Source: Phoronis australis
Taxonomy: Eukaryota > Animalia > Phoronida
Direction of reading: 5' to 3'
NCBI GenBank assembly: GCA_002633005.1
Contig: NMRA01000430.1
Location: forward strand, 1 to 64,000
DNA: 64,000 nucleotides
Shown: positions 28,001 through 39,300 of the stretch, in pieces
How positions within the stretch are numbered: position 1 is the first letter of the stretch
How the letters are laid out: each line of letters starts with the position of its first letter
The notes under the pieces: generated by a model
What the model was told of the DNA's origin: nothing
What the model saw: the letters and a program-made list of their open reading frames with translations, nothing else
Databases searched by the model: none
Made by a program: the position numbers and the translations under genes

Positions 28001-30311
28001 CACAGAACCCTACTGGAGAGGCTGGTTTCAAGGGTTATCCAATAAGTTCTTGTCTGTTCCTGCTGCCAAGATGTTACTATTAGCAGGTGGTACTCACTGG
28101 ATAAAATAATAGTACTGTAGAGATAACTATTAGCATATGATAATAGATCTCCTTAAATTGAATTTTCTCAGAGTTCAAGGCACACATTGGAATATGCCTC
28201 TATTACTTTGGTTTTGTATCATTTCAACTTTTCGTTGATGAGGGTGATCAACATGTTCCAACATTTTGCAATTCTTGTAATCGTAGTGGCATTGTGTGCT
28301 GTGTAGTGGTGATGTGTGCTAAGTTATGGTCTTTTCAACAGGTGTAGACAGGCTGGACAAAGACTTGACCGTTGGTCAGATGCAGGGCAAGTTCCAGATG
28401 CAGGTGCTGCCACAGTGTGGTCATGCTGTACATGAAGATTCACCAGACAAAGTAGGTCTATACTGCTGCACTCCTGTTGTTAAAGTGTGATTAAATTCGT
28501 GCTTTCCGTCAAAAAATTTTTGATTTAGGCCACTCACTGTTGTACAGTTGGTTTCGTCTTGTTCCGAACTCAGACGTGACCTGTGGGTTCAGAAAGAGCC
28601 GACGTTTGCTTAATTCTTGAGACCAAGCTCATAAAATTTCTATGAATGTTTTCTAAAGAAGTTCCTTCCAAGCCTGGTAATCACACTTATTTTGACTAAG
28701 GAACTATTCGAGACGAGTTTCACGGTGTTAATGGCCTAACTAAGAAAATTGTTTTTTGGGATATCTCGGGTTTAATGGTGCTTTAATTCAGCCAGTAAGT
28801 ACTTCCATCAAAGATATTGAGGGATCTTTATTTAGGATTCACATAGTGTTATTTAGTTGTACTGTCAAGTCATCCATTTTGTTGAGTGGCGATGCTCGGA
28901 GATCTACAGGACAGCTCATGCTTTGCTGGCCAGCTTGCTTCCCCTTACTGTTGACCCATCGCCAAGATTTTGAGTGACGCCTTAACTGACCATTTAGAAC
29001 TCATCATTCTTGACAAACCTTCGTTTCCAAGCCGCCTTTTAACCTGACAAACAACACGTTGCCAGGTAAAACTTATTGTTTGTTAGTCAACATGACGCAA
29101 GGGGGCAAAGCTTGCGATAGGTCAATTGTTGTCCCCCTTAAAGCATTATTACCACCAGCTCGACATAATATTTAGCTATCAAAAAACAAGTAAGTTCTTA
29201 TAGCAGAATTCTACAGTGGACTTGGTTGTACATAGATAGTGTGATGTGTTTTATTATTTTTGAATTTTGTTACAAGCCTGAAGATCAATATTGAACTGTT
29301 GTTCTCATTATCCACAAAAGCTGCTACCATAAGTATTAGACCAATACATAATACTTAAGGATTCTGTCATGTCTTGCTGTTAAGTAACTAAGCTGGTGCT
29401 GCAATCGTTGATTCGAGTGAGAGAATAGAGTACTTCCAGTTCATGTTTTTCTTTATGTTGGATGATATAATCCACCAACATCTGCTACTTATGGCAAAAT
29501 GTGACAGATTCCACATAAACACTAAGTGACCTTTGTAAATATGTAATTAACCATCACCTTCATAATGAAGACTCGGTTTAATTTATGACAGAATTTGTAA
29601 TGTAACAGTACATGTCAACAATGATCGAGCAAATTTTGACGCAGAATCTCCCAGTCGTGATGACTGAATGCAAGCAGAATTCCAGTTATGACACCGGAGA
29701 CCTGATCGGTCATTTCACCTCATGATAGCTGAGATATGATTGGTCATTACACATCATGATGGTTGAGATATGGTGGCTGTGACAGAATTGTCTTGATTCC
29801 TTGAGCATACACAGTACATGTATATGAGGTTTATAACAAATACAATTATCGGTTGTATTGTATGAAACTATTTTTTTCAGGTTGCAGATGTGTTGGCAGG
29901 CTTTTGTGTTAGAAACAAGTTTGCTGAAGCAAAAGGAACTCTGAACAAGTGAGTGTCCCTTACATTACAGATTTCATTACCATAAGAGATGCGTGATTGA
30001 TGGCTGAAACGAGTACCATAAAAACTTGCATGTAAGTCCACCTTTGTACTCTTCCCTAAAACTAAATGATGTCGGGGTCTGGTATATTACTTTTCTATGC
30101 CAAGAATATGATTAGAGTTTTTCAAATTAGAGTGTGATTCTGTAGTCACTCTAATCTTGCTTTCAAGGAACCTCATTTGAAATGAGTGACATTCTGCAAG
30201 GCAGACTAATGATTGGCCGTGATACATCGGTCTCAGACAGACCAGTGCTAGATGTGAGCCGAGTGTCAGGTGTATCTCAACTGTCTTTACAGAGTATTTC
30301 CCTCCTGCTGA
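22023..30311 (+). CDS. PPME1: Protein phosphatase methylesterase 1 (PME-1), alpha/beta hydrolase, ~395 aa
   Basis: Exons 22023-22093, 22563-22677, 23157-23249 (TFRVY..LLHGGGYSALTWA), 24338-24447 (ALDLRGHG), 24908-25062 (GHSMGG nucleophile, DVVEG), 26288-26378, 27093-27158, 27477-27639 (acidic loop), 27960-28086, 28342-28451 (GQMQGKFQMQVLPQCGHAVHED), 29881-29948, 30293-30311 (VFPSC*). All phases join. Confidence 0.96.
22678..23156 (+). other. U12-type GT-AG intron (PPME1 intron 2)
   Basis: 5' site GTATCCTTTT; branch-point-like TTCACTTAAC ending 9 nt before the intron end; no polypyrimidine tract; flanking exons join in frame (QGN|TFRVY). Confidence 0.85.
23300..24160. repeat. 30-bp minisatellite interrupted by a hAT MITE
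   Basis: (GATATACAGATTACTGCAGGGTTGGGCTGT)n on both sides of 23549-24038. Confidence 0.85.
23549..24038. mobile_element. hAT-type MITE (490 bp) inserted in a 30-bp minisatellite
   Basis: TIRs CAGGCCTTTATCCAG / CTGCATAAAGGCCTG; 8-bp TSD ctaccggg (23541-23548) / ctacaggg (24039-24046), one mismatch. Confidence 0.8.
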
Positions 30312-30323
30312 TGCTGTTCTGGA

Positions 30324-33300
30324 TCACATCGTACAGTTGTGAATGGAGCGAGGGAACGGAATAGTGTCTCTGATGTTGCGTATTCCTAGAACACACTGCA
30401 GTAGTCGCTCAAAGCCCATACCGAAGCCGCCGTGAGGAACTGAGCCAAATCTGCGAAGGTCCAGGTACCTGGAACATTAACACGCATTGTATCAACAAGC
30501 TGGTAAGTGTTCATCATGAACACTAGAAGGCATTCATCTACACAGAGGTTGTGTCAGCAGGCTTGGAACTGTTCATGATGCTACTAGAGGGCACTCATCT
30601 ACACAGAGGTTGTGTCAGGAAGCTGGGAACTGTACATGAAAAACATTGGAAGGCAATCATCTAAACAGCAAGCTGGATATTGCTCATGATAAACACTACA
30701 GGACATTCAATGACATTTATCATGCCACACAGGATGCTGTGTTCATCATGCTTATTTATATGTGTTTCATTTGCATTTGATTTAATTATATGAAAGCAAC
30801 TACAAAATAAAAAGTGAAAGTGATAAAAAGAACAAACTGTCCATGTACACCATACTTTCACATCATTTACCATTTGTTCTGAACACTACTTAGGCAGTAG
30901 CCAAACACAACATGGAATCGCTGATTGTGAAGTATGCCCTCTAGACCTCTAGAGGACAAAAGTATATTTGGTCTGACATCTCAGATTCAATTTGGACCAA
31001 AAATAACAGGCTCCGAGTCAGAACCATGTGATGTGTAAAACTGGAAATATGCAAAATGTGACTGGTACAGTGTGGACAAGAAATATGAAAATTGCCACTT
31101 GGGTAACAGCAAATAGTGGAATAAAATTGACTAAAATAAGGCAAAACTTCAAATGAGGTGTTTGATTGATTACCATTCATAACTGTGCTGTATCTGTAGT
31201 TGCTGTAGTCTACGCTGCAACATGTCTAATTGTTCTTCTCTCACAGATCCACCAAACAGTTCACCCACCTCTGGTACTAACAGGTCAACTGCTGCCACCT
31301 ACAAACACAGTTTGGAGACTACTATCCATAGTGTATGACTTATGTTGAGAGAGGGAGTGAGATTAGGAGAGAGGGAGACTAATATCCCTAGCGTATGATT
31401 TATGTTGATAGGGAGTGAGAGAGGAACGGGGAATTCTGTCTCGGGTAAAGGTTTGTTGATAGTAACATTGCTGAATCCTCCAATGACAAAATATTTCCAG
31501 TCATCCGGACATACCATTGCCTGAATGATTGTGTTTTGAACTGAGAGCTACATATTATACTGGAGTCACAAGCTTTGTGAAGTGCTCTTTAGGTGACTTG
31601 GGTCTTGATAACAGAATACTTGGTAGATTTTGATCAAATTCTATTTGGTTTGTAAAGCAAATATCAAAAACAGACAATAATTAGTTTCCTTTTTCATGGA
31701 TGATCATGCATGAAAACAATCAAAAGGAATTGGTTTTGAAATTAGAGAGTAATCTCAACTTACTGTTTGACCTCCATCGTTGACCTTGGCATAAAATGGT
31801 TTGAGACTAGTTGGAAAATCGGTGATGAAGACTGGGACATTGTCACAGTGTTGGACTAGGAAGTGTTCCTGCTCCTTGTTAAAGTCCATTCCCCACTGTA
31901 ACAATCAAACTCTGACTGGTGCGTTTGTAAACAGCAGCAGAATTTACTAATTACAGTACACTATTTACAGATTCAACTTCCAAATTTAAGTGACTGGTGC
32001 GTAATTCGGAAATAATTCCAATTAGTGTTTTTCTTCTATAACACCAGTTATTAAATATTTTTCTAATTTTACTTGTAGGAAAAATTTCAAAAGTGAGAAT
32101 GCATTAAATAATGAAATGACAAATGAAGTCCAGCAATGCACTGCATTACGTCAAATAGTGCAGTGTAAAGATGACTAAGTAATCCGTAGGGTACATCCAA
32201 CAGACTAACATAATATATTACATACTTACGTACACTTGGTCTGCAAATTTCTTATTGAACTTCTTCAAAATCGTTACAGCCTCTGTGTACGACAATCTGA
32301 ATTCAAGAAATGCACGACAGATTACTCACAACATTCATTGTGTAAAGAGATCACTTTTACTATGATATTTAATTTACTTTTATCAAGAAATCGCAAAAAG
32401 TTCAAGGTGAAGGGATGCCACGTGGGAAAGATGTGTCTACAGACAAGAATACACTGTGTCTCGCTAGTTGTGAAGGAGTTCCACATAACATACTGCAGTC
32501 ACTTATGTCAACTGCCTACAGTCGAATACTATTTAGATACTTAACAGCAATGTAACACACAAAAACTTCCAAGTCCCAATTTTTGTAATACTTGTAAATG
32601 ACACGGGTCGCCAATATCTGAGAGCTTCCCACATCCTTTTTAATTCTAGCTCTAAGCTTGTCTTGAAAACTCACCTTTGAAACTTACTTTTTAATATTTT
32701 GTCAACAATAACCTGCAAAGAGAATTAAGAATGATTTAGCACAGTACCCACTGTGGTGAAATGTCCCACGTGTCAATAAAAACGTTTGCAAGACAGGATG
32801 TATTGGTGTAAATCTCCAGTAGCTTGACATACATGATTCCTGACATTGATGCTTCACAGGCCCACTAGACTAACAGTGATCTTCAGAACCACTGGGTTTA
32901 ATAAACATCGTGATTTTCAAAACGTGGAGACTGGTAAGTACGACTGGTGAAAACAGAGTTTGAAGTTAACCAACCTTTTTAGCACAATACTTCAGAAGAC
33001 AAGAAATTCTTTGCAATTCAAATACTGTAATTTTGCTTCAAACGACTAGCTTATGCAGTAACATGATGTTATCAGGAAAGATTCAGTGTGACCAATGTTG
33101 ACTTTGCATCCCAGGTGATGCATCGTGGGACATGAGGGAATGTGCAGAGTTGTTGTTTCTTTGATCAAACCCTAATATTGATATAACTTAACAAATCAAT
33201 ACCACCCAATGCTACACAATACTGTCCAATGCTACACAATATTGTCCAATGCTACACAATACTGCCCAATGCTACACAATACTGTCCGATGAGCTACACA

Positions 33301-36300
33301 ATACTGCCCAATGCAACACAATGCTGTCCACTGCTGCACAATACTTCCCAATGCTACACAATACTGTCCAATGCAATGCAGTACTGTCCAATCCTACAAA
33401 ATACTGTCCAAAGCCACACAATACTGTCCAATGCCACACAATATTGCCCATTGCTACACAATACTGCCCAATCCTACACAATACTGTCCAATGCAATGCA
33501 ATACTGCCCAATCCTACACAATACTGTTCATAATACTGCTTGCAATACCTGTTGGCCTTCAGACACATGTTTGTGGTACAACAAAATGTCTTCCTCACAA
33601 TCAGTCATTATCCTTTCTGTAGTAAACTTCAACAGGTTTTCCATTACCTTATAAAAATAAAACAGAACATGCCATACATTAAATATGATACGCTGAAAGT
33701 TAGAAACGGTGCACTTCATGCAGTTGCCATTTGGCTTTCAAGTTGTTTCTATAATCTTTTCAAAGAAAGTTAAGTCAAAACGACCGTTACGACTAACTCA
33801 GTGAAAATAACGATAACATACACTCACATGACCACAGCTAAAAGTTGCTCCAATTACGTAGTTTTTCAGTCAGGTTTCAATAACAAAATACAGTAAATCA
33901 AGGTTGATACACCAGTTGTCCTGCCTTACAATAAGAATGTGAAAGTTCACCAAAACTGATTAGTGTGTGTAAACATCAGCAGTTTACTGAACATCTACTG
34001 CTTAACCAATACCTCAACAATGTCGTCAATACTTCTAGTGAATGCAACTTCAGCTTCCACCATATAGAATTCACTAAGATGGTGTCGTCCTAATGAGGGG
34101 TCAGCTCGAAATGTTGGTCCAAATGTGTAAACCTTTTTAAAAGCACTGAAAATAAACCATCATTAAAGCCCTGACTGGAAGACTAAAACAGCAATCGATG
34201 TGGGCCATTTATTCACAAAACTGGTCTCACAGACATCTTACTATGGTAGGATACTTTTTCCGTTACCAAAATGAGAATCAAAACAAGCAGTGTCGCAATA
34301 AAACGCTTCAGGGTTTGTAGGGATTAGCCAACCCTGAAATTTCAAATGGTTGCCTGCTCATTTGGCCACAATTCAAGATTGTANNNNNNNNNNNNNNNNN
34401 NNNNNNNNNNNNNNNNNNNNNNNNNNNNNNNNNNNNNNNNNNNNNNNNNNNNNNNNNNNNNNNNNNNNNNNNNNNNNNNNNNNNNNNNNNNNNNNNNNNN
34501 NNNNNNNNNNNNNNNNNNNNNNNNNNNNNNNNNNNNNNNNNNNNNNNNNNNNNNNNNNNNNNNNNNNNNNNNNNNNNNNNNNNNNNNNNNNNNNNNNNNN
34601 NNNNNNNNNNNNNNNNNNNNNNNNNNNNNNNNNNNNNNNNNNNNNNNNNNNNNNNNNNNNNNNNNNNNNNNNNNNNNNNNNNNNNNNNNNNNNNNNNNNN
34701 NNNNNNNNNNNNNNNNNNNNNNNNNNNNNNNNNNNNNNNNNNNNNNNNNNNNNNNNNNNCCAATCCTACACAATACTGTCCAATGCCACACAATATTGCC
34801 CATTGCTACACAATACTGCCCAATCCTACACAATACTGTCCAATGCCACACAATATTGCCCATTGCTACACAATACTGCCCAATCCTACACAATACTGTC
34901 CAATGCCACACAATATTGCCCATTGCTACACAATACTGCCCAATCCTACACAATACTGTCCAATGCCACACAATATTGCCCATTGCTACACAATACTGCC
35001 CAATCCTTCACAATACTGTCCAATGCCACATAATACTGCTTGCAATACCTGTTGGCCTTCAGACACATGTTTGTGGTACAAGAAAACGTCTTCCTCACAA
35101 TCGGTCATTATCCTTTCTGTACTAAACTTCAACAGGCTTTCCATTACCTTATCAAAATAAAACAGAACATGCCATACATTAAATATGATACGCTGAAAGT
35201 TAGAAACGGTGCACTTCATGCAGTTGCCATTCGGCTTTCAAGTTGTTTCTATAATCTTTTCAAAGAAAGTTAAGTCAAAACGACCGTTACGACTAACTCA
35301 GTGAAAATAACGATAACATACACTCACATGACCACAGCTAAAAGTTGCGCCAATTACGTAGTTTTTCAGCCAGGTTTCAAGAACAAGATACAGTAAATCA
35401 AGGTTGATACAACAGTTGTCCTGTCTTACAATAAAAATGTGAAAGTACACCAAAAATGATTAGTGTGTGTAAACATCAGGAGTTTGTGTGTGTAAACATC
35501 AGGAGTTTGTGTGTGTAAACATCAGGAGTTTGTGTGTGTAAACATCAGCAGTTTGTGTGTGTAAACATCAGCAGTTTGTGTGTGTAAACATCAGCAGTTT
35601 ACTGAACACCTACTGTTTAACCAATACCTCAACAATGTCGTCAATACTTCTAGTGAATGCAACTTCAGCTTCCACCATATAGAATTCACTAAGGTGGTGT
35701 CGTCCTAATGAGGGATCAGCTCGAAATGTTGGTCCAAATGTGTAAACCTTTTTAAAAGCACTGAAAATAAACCATCATTAAAGCCCTGACTGGAAGACTA
35801 AAACAGCAATCGATGTAGGCCATTTATTCACAAAACTGGTCTCACAGACATCTTACTATGGTAGGATACTTTTTCCGTTACCAAAATGAGAATCAAAACA
35901 AGCAGTGTCGCAATAAAACGCTTCAGGGTTTGTAGGGATTAGCCAACCCTGAAATTTCAAATGGTTGCCTGCTCATTTGGCCACAATTCAAGATTGTATG
36001 AACATAATGTTTCTAAACCCCAAAGCGCTTCGGTTAAGAATTCAACATTGACAGCTGATCAGTGGTGAAGTCCCCTGTCAACAAATTTGTGACAGGCAAA
36101 GTTTCTTGAATAAAATGCAGTCGGATGCTAGGAAATAAATGTGAAATTGTTAGTGTATAATGTGCCTTATTAGTAGATGATTCAATGCCAAATGCAGCAT
36201 AATAAAGACGACACAATTGTGTGTACTTAAGTCAATGTTTATGATAAACACTAAGCAAAACTGAGAGGTACATTTCTACAAATATGCGACTCGTACATTA

Positions 36301-39300
36301 CAAAATGGCAGATGTTGATGTCTATTCAACACTAACTGGCTGTACTTCGGGAGCAAGTTTTCCAATATTAGTTGAACACACAACACTTGTTGTTATTAAC
36401 AATCTTTATTCGGTTCTGTTCCTATCCTCGGAACAAAATTTCACACTCAAGAGAACATTGGTAAAGCAACTGACCAAGAGACATGATTAAAAGATACACA
36501 ATGTAATCATATCTCTTGGTCAGTTGCTTCACCAATGTTCTGTTGAGTGTGGAGCTTTGTTCCAAGGATATGAACGGAACGGAATACAGATTGCAAATAA
36601 CGACAAGTGTCGTGTATTCAATCAATTTTTCAACACTAACTGTAAATGAAAAGTGTAAAGAATGGATAAAAAACACAAATAATACCCATTTTAAGAAACG
36701 CAATTAAACGAAGAATATACACTTGGACCTACTAGTGAAACACCCAACAAAAACAATTCTTTGAAAAGGAAATACACCCATATGCACTGACTATTTTCAC
36801 ATTTTGAAGAAACACAACTTTCTAATACTAGGCAACTTTCTACAGTGCTTGCAACTAAGTTCGATTTGATTTGGTAACACGAGCACCAAAGAAAGTGCCA
36901 TGCTACCAGGAATGTTAATGCACACAGTTAATGGGTCAAATACTGCTGGGATAGCTGGACCGACTGTCAACTTCACATCGCTGGCTTGCAATCACAGACA
37001 TTTGCTGTAGGTGTGTGCAGAACACTTACCCATTGACCACCTCCAAATGCAGCTGTCCTGAGACAGTCAGAAATGCTGGAATATGGAAAAAGTGAGCATT
37101 GTCCTCACCATCCACATCTCTGTCTTTCTGAGAGCTTTCACCCTTATCTTCCTTATTAACATTAGCCTAAAAATACACCAAACTACAAAATGGGCTTAAA
37201 ATTTATTTATATAATTGGAAATGCATTTACGACATTCTTACGTTGTATCATTTATAGTACAGCAGTCTTCTGCACTATTTTCAGAACCCTTTCTCGTATT
37301 TTTATAATGCTGTTAATACAACATGATTGTTAGTTTTCTAAAACGAATAAAATGGGAACGTCCATGTTGTGACATCATCGTAGTGTTATCAACAGTCAGT
37401 GGACTACAGTGGCGGAGGTAATAGATTGAAGAAGGATGTGACATAGATGGCGCTCAAGGAATCACGGTAAGAAAGGCACGAAGAATGGAGAGGGCGTAAG
37501 TTGATTTCAAACAGATTCAAAATTCGTAATAGAAATTAAATAGCGTTTTGTTTCTTTCATAAAATAGGCTTGTTCACAGTTGCTAAAGAGCTTGAATTCA
37601 ATTGAGAAAAACAATCTCGCAAAATTGAACTAAGGCTGCTTTTGACAATGGAAAATATTTGGTACATACTTGAATGGTGAAGACTTCCCCGGCCCCTTCA
37701 CAGTCATTGGCTGTGATGACTGGAGTGTGAACGTGCAGGTAACCATTCTCCTAGAACAATGGAAACATCATGAAACAGAGCGCCCTCTTAGGAGATATAC
37801 AGATAACAAAATCATTATAGTAAACAAAATCCGAAGAGTTGAGAGTTAGTTAGAGTCTATGAGTGTTTGAACAAAGCTGATACAACATACTACAGTTAAT
37901 CACGGCTGTTGTTGTTTAGTACACAGCACATATCTTTGTTGTCAGCTAAGGTTCGACTGCAGACAAATTAGTAAACCATGGTTATTTTGCACTCCATATA
38001 ATAGGATTACTGCTTTCATGAAAGTTGAAAAAAGTCAATAAATTAAAAAGGACAATTAAAAAATGCAATAAAAAATCATTGATAAGCACAATTTGTAACT
38101 CCATCTAGTGCTTGGGCAGAGAACAACCCCTTACAGCTGACAGGATTATTACTTTGAATATAATTAAATTCATCACCTGGACTTGCATATAACAGGACAT
38201 ACTGTTGGTTCTTCTGAAGTACAGAAGAAAAATGTGACAAAGTTTTAATGTACACTAATCCAAACAATTAAAACTGAGAGCTCTCCAACACATCAATGTC
38301 ACACAAACCCGGAAGAAGTCGTGAACAGCAAATGTTGCAGCATCTCGTATTCGAAGAAGAGCACTGAAGCTATTTGTTCTGGGCCTCAGGTGAACATATT
38401 GCCTGACGTAATCAGCAGAATGGCGTGTTTTTACTTTGAATGGGTAATCCTGCAAAACAAATTCAGTCCAAGTAAACCACAAAACTACAGTATACGCTGT
38501 CTTTCAAACAAAAATGCAACAAACCACCCTCTCCTTGTCATGACAGTTAGATAATTTAAGTTTACACAAAATTTGACAAGCAATAACTCTTTATTATGAA
38601 GCAACAGCATTTCTAACTTTAGCTAGTCGCTGACTTTGTCGTATATTCCAAAAAGACAGATGATTACTATGACAATGAATTCTGTTTGTACCAAAAGCAT
38701 TGAGCGAAACACCCTCTCCTTGTAGTATCTGTGAATTCATTTAGACAAACGTCCCACAAAATCCTAGTGTCAGAACAGCATTTCTACCTTAATTGCTAAC
38801 TGATTTTGATAACGAATTTCACTGATGCCATACAACCAAGACAAGGAATTCTGAGTTATTTTGTCTCATTATACTTGGTGTGTATTGTCTGTAAATGTTG
38901 TTCAGGTTAAGGACTTATAAACACCTTCACATGACGCAGTCTACTTCTAAACACCTTCACATGAGGCTGGTCTACCTCTAATCCCCTTCACATGATGCTA
39001 ATAGTCTACCTCTGACCCCCTTCACATGTATGGTGCTGATCTACCTTAAACCTTCTTCACATGATGGTGGTCTACTTCCACACTGGACATAACACCATAT
39101 ACAACAAACCACGTGTGACCTTAAAAATGGGAGAGGGGGCATTTAGTCAAACATGGGTGTTAATAACCACAGCAGGCTCTGAGTACATGTGTCATGCTTT
39201 TCACCTACCTGAGCACTGCATTGTCCCAACACATTAACACTGTCCACAACCAGCTCAACAGGTTGCCGTGCCGACAGACTTCTCACTAGACTCCCACTTA

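Noticed and set aside
30503-31246. Apparent PPME1 3'UTR intron (CTG|GTAAGT ... CTAAT..TCACAG)
   Set aside because: The donor is a variant unit of a ~64-bp tandem repeat and the acceptor is the antisense of a NARS2 coding exon; no independent support.
33229-35160. Cys-rich repetitive ORFs and X-filled ORFs
   Set aside because: Caused by the 20-bp satellite and the N gap.
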